The notes beneath the pieces are model-generated. The model made no database searches, was not told the origin of the DNA, and saw only the letters and a program-made list of their open reading frames with translations. Made by a program: the position numbers and the translations under genes. This document shows, piece by piece, positions 1 to 10,009 of a DNA stretch of 64,000 nt. The DNA lies in the NCBI GenBank assembly GCA_947632585.1, contig CANRPS010000002.1, positions 8,232 to 72,231 on the forward strand, given 5' to 3'. The first letter of the stretch is position 1. Every line of letters begins with the position of its first letter. This stretch comes from an uncultured Clostridia bacterium. Lineage in GTDB: Bacteria > Bacillota > Clostridia > TANB77 > CAG-508.

Positions 1-2
1 AT

Positions 3-662
3 GGAATAAACGAAGAAAGTGATTTTAAAGGAATAGATATTAATTTAGAAGAAAAAAATAGTAGTTTTACTTATAAAAACAAAGACAAAAAAATAAAAAT
101 TAAAGTTCCTGTATCTGGAGAACATTTTATATTAAATTCCTTATCTGCAATAGCGGTAGCAAAATTATTAGATATAAATGAAGAAGATATAAGGAAAGGA
201 ATAGAAAATTTTAAATTAACAGCTAAAAGAATGGAAACACATTATTTGAAAAATGACATTATTATAATTGATGATAGTTATAATGCGAGTTACGAATCTA
301 TGAAGGCATCATTAGTTAATTTGAAAAATATTCATGCAAAAAGAAAAATAGCAGTTTTAGGTGATATGCTAGAATTGGGAGATTTTACTGAGGAGCTACA
401 CAGAAAAGTTGGAATAGAAGTGAATAATAATAATGTGGATAAATTATTTGTGGTAGGAAATTATGCTAAATATATTTCTGACGAAGCTATAAAAAATGGT
501 ATGAATAAAGAGAATGTAGTATATTTTGAAAATAATGATTTATTATTCGATTATTTAAAAGAAAATATTAAAGAAGGAGATGCTATCTGGTTTAAGGCAT
601 CAAATGCGATGAGGTTATTTAGTGTAGCAGAGAAATTAAAAGCATATATAGAAAATAATTAA
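3..662 (+). CDS. murF: UDP-N-acetylmuramoyl-tripeptide--D-alanyl-D-alanine ligase, C-terminal part (5' end outside window)
   Basis: Open frame from position 3. The C-terminal Mur-ligase domain carries the LGDMLELG motif typical of MurF. Confidence 0.7.
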   Translation, partial: GINEESDFKGIDINLEEKNSSFTYKNKDKKIKIKVPVSGEHFILNSLSAIAVAKLLDINEEDIRKGIENFKLTAKRMETHYLKNDIIIIDDSYNASYESMKASLVNLKNIHAKRKIAVLGDMLELGDFTEELHRKVGIEVNNNNVDKLFVVGNYAKYISDEAIKNGMNKENVVYFENNDLLFDYLKENIKEGDAIWFKASNAMRLFSVAEKLKAYIENN

Positions 663-668
663 TAGAAT

Positions 669-714
669 GTTCGATATAATCTAAAAATGTAGAATTATGT
701 CGAACGTTTTTTCT
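669..714 (+). terminator. Rho-independent terminator after murF
   Basis: 12-bp stem gttcgatataat/attatgtcgaac with one G-U pair, followed by a T-tract. Confidence 0.6.
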
Positions 715-777
715 TTACAAATTTAATAAGATATGATAATATAATATTGGTTTATGTCAACATATTTTTAAATCAAA

Positions 778-1359
778 ATGTTATATACAAGTAAAGTTAT
801 AAATCTAATAAGTTTTATTATTACTTTAATAATTTTTTTAATTCTTAATTTTTGCTTTTTTAATAATAACCCAAAAGAACAATTTTCGAATATCTTAAAT
901 ATAACTCCAGAAAACAAGGATAATGAAAAAATAGAATTTTCTGAAAACGAAAATTCATATGAATATTTAGACAACATTGGAAATTGGTATATTGAAATAC
1001 CAGCAATTAATTTAAAAGCACCAATAGCAGAAGGAACATCAGGAGATATATTAAAAAATAAGGTGGGACATTTTGAAGATACGGCAATTAAATCTGGAAA
1101 TATTGGGCTTGCTGCACATAATAGAGGTTATGAAATTAATTATTTCGAAAATTTAAAAAAATTAAAATTAGGTGATGAAATTTTTTATACCAATGAAGAT
1201 TTTAATAAAAAATATATTGTTGATACATTAGAAATAATTGAAAATACAAATTGGAATTATTTAAGAAAATCAGAAGAAGATAAAATTACATTAATTACAT
1301 GTATAGAAAATGAACCCCAATATAGAAGATGTGTACAAGGGACAGCTATAGAAAATTAA
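778..1359 (+). CDS. Sortase family transpeptidase (membrane-anchored)
   Basis: N-terminal TM helix, catalytic His in LAAHN, TLITC active-site Cys motif, conserved Arg near the C-terminus. Confidence 0.75.
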   Translation: MLYTSKVINLISFIITLIIFLILNFCFFNNNPKEQFSNILNITPENKDNEKIEFSENENSYEYLDNIGNWYIEIPAINLKAPIAEGTSGDILKNKVGHFEDTAIKSGNIGLAAHNRGYEINYFENLKKLKLGDEIFYTNEDFNKKYIVDTLEIIENTNWNYLRKSEEDKITLITCIENEPQYRRCVQGTAIEN

Positions 1360-1447
1360 TGTATATAAATTTAATTTCTTGAATAAAAATTATATTAGAT
1401 GAAAAAGGTTTTATTTTATCTAATATAAAAAAGGAGAAATTAGGTTT

Positions 1448-2056
1448 ATGAAATTAAATAAAAAAATTTTATTATGTCTATTAATAATTTTAATCATAAT
1501 TATAATGATATTTATTTATAAAAATATGAGTAAAAATTTAAAATTTGGAAAGAATATAAGTAGTCAACAAATCGTAGATTATATTTTAAGTATTAGTTCA
1601 TATAAATCGAAAGTTACAATCCAGGTAAATAGTAATAAAAATAAAAATAAATATATTTTAAATCAAGAATATGATATTAACAATGGAAGCATTCAAGAAG
1701 TTGTAGAACCTAGTAATATATCTGGCGTAAAAATAGTACGTAATAAGGACAATTTAACAATAGAAAATTCGTCCCTAGATTTATCAACAATTTTTGAAAA
1801 TTATAAAGGTTTAGAGGAAAATTATTTAGATTTAATTAATTTTATTGAAAATTATAAGAATTATGAAAAATCTAGTTATGAAGAAAATGATACTGAAATA
1901 ATAATGAAAACAAAAAATAGTATAAAAAATAAATATGCGGAAAATAAAATATTATACATAAATAAAGAGACAAAATTGCCTACTAAACTTATTATAGAAG
2001 ATAATAACCAAAATACGACAATAAACATACAATATAATGAAATAGAAGTAAATTAA
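1448..2056 (+). CDS. Membrane-anchored hypothetical protein, possibly YdcC/LolA-like sporulation protein
   Basis: N-terminal TM and an Asn/Lys-rich beta-type body. It sits directly upstream of an EndoA homolog, as ydcC does in the Bacillus ydcC-alr-ndoAI-ndoA locus. Confidence 0.35.
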   Translation: MKLNKKILLCLLIILIIIIMIFIYKNMSKNLKFGKNISSQQIVDYILSISSYKSKVTIQVNSNKNKNKYILNQEYDINNGSIQEVVEPSNISGVKIVRNKDNLTIENSSLDLSTIFENYKGLEENYLDLINFIENYKNYEKSSYEENDTEIIMKTKNSIKNKYAENKILYINKETKLPTKLIIEDNNQNTTINIQYNEIEVN

Positions 2057-2152
2057 CTTTTTAATCTAAAATAAAAAATTAATTTATATATTTCAATTTT
2101 ATCTACGAATATATAGACTTTTAAAATATGCTAATATTAGGAGTGAATAATT

Positions 2153-2503
2153 ATGACAATAAAAAGAGGAGATATGTTTTATGCAGATTTAAGTCCTGTA
2201 GTAGGATCTGAGCAGGGTGGTGTGCGTCCTGTTTTAATAATTCAAAATGATTTAGGAAATAAATATAGTCCTACAGTAATTGCTGCTGCTATTACTTCAC
2301 AAACAAATAAAACAAAACTTCCAACACATATTGAAATACAGGGAGATGCACAGGGATTAAAAAGCAATTCTGTTGTTTTGGCAGAACAAATTAGAACAAT
2401 TGATAAAAGTAGACTAAAAGAAAAAATAGGTCATATAGACGATGAAATAGTTATGAATAAAATAAATAATGCTTTAGGAGTAAGTTTTGGATTGGAAGAA
2501 TAA
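2153..2503 (+). CDS. ndoA: MazF/PemK-family endoribonuclease toxin (EndoA/NdoA-like)
   Basis: 116 aa with strong similarity to B. subtilis EndoA. Conserved motifs: [33 protein letters not shown], [25 protein letters not shown]. Good RBS. Confidence 0.85.
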   Translation: MTIKRGDMFYADLSPVVGSEQGGVRPVLIIQNDLGNKYSPTVIAAAITSQTNKTKLPTHIEIQGDAQGLKSNSVVLAEQIRTIDKSRLKEKIGHIDDEIVMNKINNALGVSFGLEE

Positions 2504-2507
2504 GAAA

Positions 2508-2546
2508 AAAACGATAATTAATTTTTAATTATCGTTTTTATTTTAT
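2508..2546. terminator. Bidirectional terminator between ndoA and the HD-GYP gene
   Basis: Stem aaacgataattaa/ttaattatcgttt with T-tracts on both sides. Confidence 0.55.
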
Positions 2547-3490
2547 ACTTTTAATTTTTTTATGATTTTAACTTCGTTATATAAATTATCGATTTTTTCT
2601 TTTCTTAACACATAAGCTTTTTTATAATCATCAAAAATTTCATTATAATTATCTACATTTTCATTTTCTTTAAAAAAGCCCTTCATATATGCTAAATAAT
2701 ATTCTTTTTTGTAATCACTTTTACTTTCTGTCATTTTTTTGTAATATTTTTTAATCTGTTCATATCTTTTTAAATTATCTTCTAAATAATCAATGTAATC
2801 TTGTGCACATGCGATTTCGTAATAAACATCATCTAAAACTACTTTTAATAAAACTTTTACAACAGCTGGATTGTTTTTTCCAAATTTAGCATTATTAACA
2901 ATTTCTTTTAATATCGCAGAAGATTTTATTGGCTCAGAAGGTGTGGTATTTTCAATAATTATTTTTAAAGTATCAGAAATACCAATATGAGATTTATACT
3001 GACGTTTACTAACTATAGCATCATATTCGTCTGCAACTCTTATTATTTGACCTTCATAAGGGATATCTTTTTTAGTTAATCCATTAGGATAACCTGTTCC
3101 ATTTAATGCTTCATGATGATATAAAGGGCCTGCAGCATAGGGACGTAATTTCACATCTTTCATGCACATTTCATATCCAATAGTTGTATGTGTTTTTATA
3201 ATGCTATATTCTTCCTCTGTTAATTTTCCTGGTTTTTGTAATACTTCAGGAGGTATAAATAATTTACCAATATCATGTAAGTAAGCACAAATTGTGCAGT
3301 ATTCGGTAAATTTTTTACTGCAATGTAAATATTCGCATAGTCTACAAGTAATTGCAGCAACATTTTCGCAATGTTTTCTTGTAAAAACATCAAGAGTGCC
3401 TAAAGCATTTAATTGATCTTGCATAGTTTTATCTAGATTATACGATTTAAGAACAGTTCTATCGTAAAAATCAAAAACCTCATTTTTCAT
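2543..3490 (-). CDS. HD-GYP domain phosphohydrolase (likely c-di-GMP phosphodiesterase)
   Basis: HD motif (YLHDIGK) and HHExxNGxGYP signature (HHEALNGTGYPNGL). Confidence 0.8.
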   Translation of the reverse strand: MKNEVFDFYDRTVLKSYNLDKTMQDQLNALGTLDVFTRKHCENVAAITCRLCEYLHCSKKFTEYCTICAYLHDIGKLFIPPEVLQKPGKLTEEEYSIIKTHTTIGYEMCMKDVKLRPYAAGPLYHHEALNGTGYPNGLTKKDIPYEGQIIRVADEYDAIVSKRQYKSHIGISDTLKIIIENTTPSEPIKSSAILKEIVNNAKFGKNNPAVVKVLLKVVLDDVYYEIACAQDYIDYLEDNLKRYEQIKKYYKKMTESKSDYKKEYYLAYMKGFFKENENVDNYNEIFDDYKKAYVLRKEKIDNLYNEVKIIKKLKV

Positions 3491-3652
3491 TCGAGTGTAT
3501 CTCCTTTATTTTATCTAAAAAGTATGTATAAAAAAATTATACTATAATAAACAAATAAAATCAATGGAAAAAGAAATATAAAAAATGAAATTTTGAATTT
3601 TATTGACATTTGAATATTAAATTTATATAATTTTTGCAAGAAGGTGAAAAAA

Positions 3653-6600
3653 ATGGCGTTAACAATAGTTTATGGAAAATCAGGGAGCGGAAAAAGTTCA
3701 TATATATTTAATGAAATAAATCAATTAATAAAAAATAATGAAAAAAGTAAAATATATATAATTACACCAGAACAATTTTCTTTCACAGCCGAAAAAAAAT
3801 TAATGGAAAATAAAAAATCGGTAATAAATGCAGAAGTTATTACTTTCAATAGAATGGCCTATAGAGTAAAAAATGAAATAGGAGGAACAATTTATAATAA
3901 CATATCAAAATGTGGAAAAGCCATGTTAATATATTCTATTTTGCAGAAACAAAAAAAGAAATTAAAATTATTAAGCAAAACAGATGAAAATATCGAATTA
4001 ATTATGAGAATAATATCTGAATTTAAAAAAAATGAAATATTAGTACAGGATTTAAAAAATAATTTAGAAAATATTAAAGATGAATATTTAAAAACAAAAT
4101 TACAAGATATTATTTTAATGTATGATGAATATAACTTAAACATTGAAAATCAATATATAGATGAAACGGATTTATTAACTACTTTATCACAAAATATAGA
4201 TAAAATAGATTTATTTAAAAATGCAATATTTTATATAGATGAATTTGCAGGATATACGAAACAGGAATTAGAAATAATAAAAAAATTATTAAAAATTAGT
4301 AAAAAAGTTACAATTACATTTTGCATAGATAACTTAGAGTTAGATACAAATCCGGATACAGATATTTTTTATTCGAATAAAAACACATTAAATAAAATAT
4401 TAAAATTGCTAGATGATAATGAAAAAATAGAAACGATAAATTTAGATAATTTATATAGATTTAAAAATAATGAGCTAAAATTTTTAGAAAAATATTTATA
4501 TAGTAATAAAATAGAAAAATACGAAAAAAATGTAGAAAATATAAAATTGTATTTTACAAATAATAAATATACAGAAGTAGAGTACATTGCAAAAAATATA
4601 ATTAATTTAATAAAAAAAGAAAATTATAAATATAGTGAAATAGCTATTATAACTAAAAACATAAATTCATATGCTTCACTATTTAAATCAATTTTTTCGA
4701 AATTTGAAATACCTATATTTATTGATGAAAAAAGAGACTTAAATCAAAATTTATTAATAAGATATATTTTAGGATTATTAGAAATAATAATTAAAAATTA
4801 TTCTTATGAATCTATTTTTAATTATTTGAAAATAGATTTATTAGATATTGACAAAGAAGATATTTTTAAATTAGAAAAATATTGCCTTAAATATGGAATA
4901 AAAAATAATAAATTTAAAAAAGATTTTATATATGGTATAAATGAAAAAAACAAAGAAGAAATAAATTATTTAAATGAACTTAGAAAAAAAATAATTAATC
5001 CTATAATAGATTTAGAAGAAAAAATAAATAAAAAACAAAAGGTTGAAAATATAATAAAAGAAATTTATTTTTATTTAAATAAAGAAAATATAGAAGAAAA
5101 AATAAATATTAAAATAAACATGCTAGAAGCAAATAAATTATTTGATATAGCAAATGAATATAAAATAAGTTATGAAATTACTATGAATATATTTGATGAA
5201 ATAGTAAATATTTTTAATGGTGAAGAAATTAGTTTAAATAATTTTTTAAAAATATTTAAAACAGCATTAAAAAATAGTGAACTTGGTAAAATACCAAGTA
5301 GCCAAGATGAAATAATAGTTGGAGATATAGACAGATCAAGAACTCATAAAGTTAAAGCAATATTTATTTTGGGATTAAATGATGGGGCCTTTCCATCTGT
5401 AAATAAAGACGAAGGATTTTTTAATGATAAAGATAGAATTGTATTAAAAGAATTTGGTATAGAAATGGCAAAAAATACTTTAGAAAATATATATGATGAT
5501 AATTTTAATATATACAAAGCATTTACAACAGCAGAAGAAAAGATATTTTTATCATATTGTCAAACAGACATAGATGGAAAACCATTAAGACCATCTACAC
5601 TAATTTATAAAATAAAAAAAATATTTCCAAAATTAGAAGAAAAAAATGATATTTTTGAAAAAAACGATTTATTTGTTAATGAAAAAAATATTTATGAAAA
5701 TTTGATTTTAAATATTAATAATTTAAATAAAGAAGAAATAATAAAAAATAAACAGGCAAATAAAAAAATATTTTTACTTTATAAATATTTTAATGAAAAT
5801 AAAAATTACAAAAATATTTTAAAGAATAATTTGGAATATATAAAAAATTTAAAAATGCCAGAAAAAATAAAAAAAGAAAATATACAAAAATTATATAGAA
5901 TGAAATTAAGTACAAGTGTATCTAAACTCGAATGTTTTAAGTCATGCCCATATGAATATTTTTTGCAATATAGTTTGAGAATAAAAGAAAGAGAACAACT
6001 AAAAATAAAAACTTTAGATACTGGATCTTTCATGCATGATGTCATTAATTGCTTTTTTGAGGAATTAAATAAAGAAAAAATAAATATAAAAACAATAGAA
6101 GAAGAAACACAAGAAAAAATAATTGACAAAATTATAGAAGAAAAATTACAAGAAAGTAAGAATTATATTTTTGTCGCATCTGAAAAATATAAATTATTAG
6201 TTAGAAGACTTAAAAGAATAATTTTAAAGGCTATAAAATATATAATATTAAGTTTAAAAGCAAGTGATTTTACATTAGAAGGAACAGAAGTTGAATTTGA
6301 TAATAAGGGGAAATATAAACCTATAAAAATAGAACTTGATAATGGAAAAAGTATAGAAATAGTAGGAAAAATTGATAGACTAGATATTGCAAAAGACGAA
6401 AATAATAAGTATATCAGAATAATTGATTACAAATCTTCTATAAAGGATATGGATTATACAAATGTATATGCAGGATTACAATTACAACTAATAACATATT
6501 TAGATGCAGTGTGCAAAATGGAAGATTTTATACCTGCAGGAATTTTGTATTTTAATTTAATAGAGCAAATGATTGACTCTGGAACAAAACTTACAGAAGA

Positions 6601-7006
6601 GCAAATTGAAGAAAAAATAAAAGACAATTTTAAAATGAAGGGTTTAATCCTTGCAGATGTAAAAATAGCAAAAATGCAAGATAAAAATCTTGTGACATCA
6701 GGAACATCTAAAATTATTCCAGCATATATAACAAAAGAAGGAGAATTAAGTCCTAAAAAAAGTAGTATTGCTACAAAAGAGGAATTTGAAAAATTACGAA
6801 AATATGTAAATAAAACTATTAAAGAAATAGCTAAAGAAATTTTTAATGGTAATATTGAGTTAAAACCTTATTATAAAGAAAGAAAAACACCATGTGAATA
6901 TTGTTTGTATAAAAACATTTGTGGATTTGATGATGAAATATACAAAACAGGATACAGATTTATTAATAGAAAGACAAAGGAGGATATTTATAATGCTGTC
7001 AAATGA
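3653..7006 (+). CDS. addB: ATP-dependent helicase/deoxyribonuclease subunit B (AddB/RexB)
   Basis: N-terminal Walker A GKSGSGKSS. About 1117 aa. C-terminal Fe-S cluster cysteines (CFKSCPYEYF ... CEYCLYKNICGF) typical of AddB. RBS aaggtga precedes the ATG at 3653. Confidence 0.85.
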   Translation: MALTIVYGKSGSGKSSYIFNEINQLIKNNEKSKIYIITPEQFSFTAEKKLMENKKSVINAEVITFNRMAYRVKNEIGGTIYNNISKCGKAMLIYSILQKQKKKLKLLSKTDENIELIMRIISEFKKNEILVQDLKNNLENIKDEYLKTKLQDIILMYDEYNLNIENQYIDETDLLTTLSQNIDKIDLFKNAIFYIDEFAGYTKQELEIIKKLLKISKKVTITFCIDNLELDTNPDTDIFYSNKNTLNKILKLLDDNEKIETINLDNLYRFKNNELKFLEKYLYSNKIEKYEKNVENIKLYFTNNKYTEVEYIAKNIINLIKKENYKYSEIAIITKNINSYASLFKSIFSKFEIPIFIDEKRDLNQNLLIRYILGLLEIIIKNYSYESIFNYLKIDLLDIDKEDIFKLEKYCLKYGIKNNKFKKDFIYGINEKNKEEINYLNELRKKIINPIIDLEEKINKKQKVENIIKEIYFYLNKENIEEKINIKINMLEANKLFDIANEYKISYEITMNIFDEIVNIFNGEEISLNNFLKIFKTALKNSELGKIPSSQDEIIVGDIDRSRTHKVKAIFILGLNDGAFPSVNKDEGFFNDKDRIVLKEFGIEMAKNTLENIYDDNFNIYKAFTTAEEKIFLSYCQTDIDGKPLRPSTLIYKIKKIFPKLEEKNDIFEKNDLFVNEKNIYENLILNINNLNKEEIIKNKQANKKIFLLYKYFNENKNYKNILKNNLEYIKNLKMPEKIKKENIQKLYRMKLSTSVSKLECFKSCPYEYFLQYSLRIKEREQLKIKTLDTGSFMHDVINCFFEELNKEKINIKTIEEETQEKIIDKIIEEKLQESKNYIFVASEKYKLLVRRLKRIILKAIKYIILSLKASDFTLEGTEVEFDNKGKYKPIKIELDNGKSIEIVGKIDRLDIAKDENNKYIRIIDYKSSIKDMDYTNVYAGLQLQLITYLDAVCKMEDFIPAGILYFNLIEQMIDSGTKLTEEQIEEKIKDNFKMKGLILADVKIAKMQDKNLVTSGTSKIIPAYITKEGELSPKKSSIATKEEFEKLRKYVNKTIKEIAKEIFNGNIELKPYYKERKTPCEYCLYKNICGFDDEIYKTGYRFINRKTKEDIYNAVK

Positions 7007-7817
7007 AGAAATAGTATATGTGAAAAAAGGTGGACAGGAATTTATTCAATTTAAGAAATTATTACAATACTCGAATATAATTTCTCATGCATATTCTATA
7101 GGAATAGACAAAAATTATAGAACATTTAAACCTGATAGATCCCCTTTACTTAATGAAGATTATAAAAAAAATATTAATGATTATAAAACTTTATGCGATG
7201 TGAATGGCTTAAATTATAAAAACCTAATAAAAGCAATGCAAAATCATACAGATAATGTAATTTGTGTGAATAGTATAAGTAATAATGAAACTATAGATAG
7301 TGATGAAATTGCTGATGGATTAATTACAAATACAAAAGACATTGTGCTTTCTACTACTAATGCAGATTGTATTTTACTATTGATGCTAGATCCTATAAAA
7401 AATGTCATTGCAAATATTCACTCTGGATGGAAAGGAACCTTGCAGGAAATTTCAGTAAAAGCAGTAAAAAAAATGGTGGAAAAATATGAATGTAATCCTA
7501 AAGATATTATTGTATGTATTTGCCCGAGTATAAGAAAATGCCATTTTGAAGTAGATAAAGATGTTTACGAGTTATTTTATGATAGATTTGAAAAATTAGG
7601 TAATATAAATAGTTTTATACAAAAATCTAATAAAGAACAAAAATGGTATATAGATACTATTTTAATAAACAAAATAATTTTAAAACAAATAGGAATATTA
7701 GAGGAAAACATTGTTGATAGTGGTATTTGTTCGGTGTGCAATAAAGATTATGTACATTCATATAGAGCTGAAGGAAAATCATATGGATTATCTACTGCAA
7801 TAATTTCATTAAAATAG
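6993..7817 (+). CDS. pgeF: Peptidoglycan editing factor PgeF / YfiH-family laccase-domain protein
   Basis: HSGWKGT motif and CICPSIRKCHFEV / VCNKDYVHSYRAEG Cys/His ligand motifs of DUF152. RBS aaggagg before the ATG at 6993. Confidence 0.75.
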   Translation: MLSNEEIVYVKKGGQEFIQFKKLLQYSNIISHAYSIGIDKNYRTFKPDRSPLLNEDYKKNINDYKTLCDVNGLNYKNLIKAMQNHTDNVICVNSISNNETIDSDEIADGLITNTKDIVLSTTNADCILLLMLDPIKNVIANIHSGWKGTLQEISVKAVKKMVEKYECNPKDIIVCICPSIRKCHFEVDKDVYELFYDRFEKLGNINSFIQKSNKEQKWYIDTILINKIILKQIGILEENIVDSGICSVCNKDYVHSYRAEGKSYGLSTAIISLK

Positions 7818-7825
7818 GAGGAAAA

Positions 7826-8743
7826 ATGATACCAGAAAAACTAAAAGAAGGAGATACTATTTCTGTTATAGCACCATCAAATTATGTAGAAGCAGATGAT
7901 AAAATATTTTTAGAAAAAACAGAAAAACTATTTAATAAATATAAAATTAATACGATATATGAAAAAAACATATATTCAAATACTTTGGGATATGGAGCAA
8001 CTCCATTAGAGAAAGCTGAAGATTTAAATAATGCTTTTGGAAATAAAAATATACAAGCAATATTTTGTGCAAAAGGTGGTGAAAACTCTAATACAATATT
8101 TGATTATATAGATTATAGTTTAATTAAAAAAAATCCGAAGATATTTTGTGGATTTAGTGATTCTACATTTTTGCTTAATATGATTTATTCAAAAACAGGA
8201 CTTGTAACATTCCATTCTGCAACTTTTAAATCTATATCAAGTTGGGATAAGCCATGTGTGTTTGAGGATATAATAGAAAAATTAATGAATGGAAATGTAA
8301 ATTTAAGAAGAAAAAATGAAAAGTTTGAGATAGTAAAAAAAGGAAAATCGGAAGGAATATTAATTGGTGGAAATTTAAATTGTATAACTCGTATGATAAC
8401 TGGAAAGTATTCTCTTGATTTTAAAAATAAAATTTTATTTATTGAAGATTTAGGAGAAGAGACAAATCCTAAATTTGTAAGTAGTTTCATTTATTTACTA
8501 AAACAAAATGAAATTTTTTCAAAAATAAATGGTTTATGGATAGGTAACTATGAAAATGAAACAAAAATAAAATTAGAGAAAATTATAATTGATGCAATTG
8601 GAAATGAATACAATTTCCCTATAATAAAATCAAACAATTTTGGACATATAGATGAAAAAATTACAATTCCTATTGGGGTAAAAGCTAAAATAGATACAAA
8701 TAAAAAAAATAAAATAGAAGTACTTGACAAATGTGTAAAATAA
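7826..8743 (+). CDS. LD-carboxypeptidase (peptidase S66, LdcA-like)
   Basis: GFSDSTFL Ser-nucleophile motif, C-terminal GHIDEKITIPIG His motif, about 300 aa. Confidence 0.75.
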   Translation: MIPEKLKEGDTISVIAPSNYVEADDKIFLEKTEKLFNKYKINTIYEKNIYSNTLGYGATPLEKAEDLNNAFGNKNIQAIFCAKGGENSNTIFDYIDYSLIKKNPKIFCGFSDSTFLLNMIYSKTGLVTFHSATFKSISSWDKPCVFEDIIEKLMNGNVNLRRKNEKFEIVKKGKSEGILIGGNLNCITRMITGKYSLDFKNKILFIEDLGEETNPKFVSSFIYLLKQNEIFSKINGLWIGNYENETKIKLEKIIIDAIGNEYNFPIIKSNNFGHIDEKITIPIGVKAKIDTNKKNKIEVLDKCVK

Positions 8744-8803
8744 ATTAAAATATATTAATGTCAATAATAAGAAAAAATATAGTCAAAATAAAAAGGAGAA
8801 AAA

Positions 8804-9919
8804 ATGAATCAAATAATAGGCGAAAGAGAAGATATAGATGAAAAAATAAGAAAATATCAATCAAAAAAAAGAAAAAAATCAAAAAAAAATAATAAATCAA
8901 AAAAGACTTTTAAAAAGTTAATTATAGTTTTATTTATACTTATTTTTTTAGGAATGAGTTCACTAGGAGTTTTATTATATGGACCATATAGTGGATTTAG
9001 AGATTGGTTAATTACTACTGCTATGACTACTATGACTCATCAATGGATTGCATATGTATTTTATAGTAGAGATACTATTGAAGCAGTAATGAGTTCTAAT
9101 ACAGTAGAGGAAATACAAGAAGAAACAGATACAAACGCTATAGTAATTGGATTGAAAAAAGAAAAAACTTATGCAAATGAATATGAAAGAGCAGTTTTAG
9201 AAAAAGAAAATGAAAATGATACTTACAAAATAATAAAAATTAATGGAAAAGGATATTCTGGCTATCTTGCTGTAATATATAATCCAAAAAATGTTCATAC
9301 ACTTGTAACAGCAAAAATAGGCACAACTGGACAATATTTAAGAACAATGGCAAAAGATAATAAAGCAGTAGTTGCAATAAATGGTGGTGGATTTGAGGAT
9401 CCTAATTATAGTAGTAATGGGGCTAATCCATTAGGAGTAACATATTGCAATGGGGAATTAGTAAGAGCAACATATTATAAAGGAGCAGGAGGTATAATAG
9501 GTTTTGATGAAAATGATAAGCTTGTTCTATCTTCTAATTGTACAAAAGCTTCAGCTGAGAAATTAAAAATAAGAGATTGTGTTACATGTGGACCATTTTT
9601 AATTAATAATGGTAAAGCTTCAACTGTAGTTGGAAATGGAGGATGGGGCTCAGCGCCACGTACAGCAATAGGACAAAGACAAGATGGAATAGTTTTATTT
9701 TTAGTAATAGATGGACGAACATTAACAAGACCAGGAGCAGATATGGATGATTTAATCGAAGTAATGCAAAATTACGGAGCTTATACTGCAGCAAATCTAG
9801 ATGGAGGAACATCAACAGCAATGATTGTAAAAAATGAATTAATCAATGATCCAATAGATAGTACAGGGGCTCATAAAACAAGATTTATAGCAACAGGTTT
9901 TGGACTAATTGAAAATTAA
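8804..9919 (+). CDS. Phosphodiester glycosidase family protein (DUF2233/NAGPA-like), membrane-anchored
   Basis: Basic N-terminus plus TM. AINGGGFED and AANLDGGTSTAM motifs. Confidence 0.6.
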   Translation: MNQIIGEREDIDEKIRKYQSKKRKKSKKNNKSKKTFKKLIIVLFILIFLGMSSLGVLLYGPYSGFRDWLITTAMTTMTHQWIAYVFYSRDTIEAVMSSNTVEEIQEETDTNAIVIGLKKEKTYANEYERAVLEKENENDTYKIIKINGKGYSGYLAVIYNPKNVHTLVTAKIGTTGQYLRTMAKDNKAVVAINGGGFEDPNYSSNGANPLGVTYCNGELVRATYYKGAGGIIGFDENDKLVLSSNCTKASAEKLKIRDCVTCGPFLINNGKASTVVGNGGWGSAPRTAIGQRQDGIVLFLVIDGRTLTRPGADMDDLIEVMQNYGAYTAANLDGGTSTAMIVKNELINDPIDSTGAHKTRFIATGFGLIEN

Positions 9920-9930
9920 GAAAAAAAAAC

Positions 9931-9967
9931 AAAAAAATCCATAAAAGTATGGATTTTTTTGTTTTTT
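9931..9967 (+). terminator. Rho-independent terminator
   Basis: atccata...tatggat stem followed by T7+. Confidence 0.6.
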
Positions 9968-10009
9968 CCTGATATAATTAGTATGATTTTAAATTTGGAG
10001 AGGATAAAA

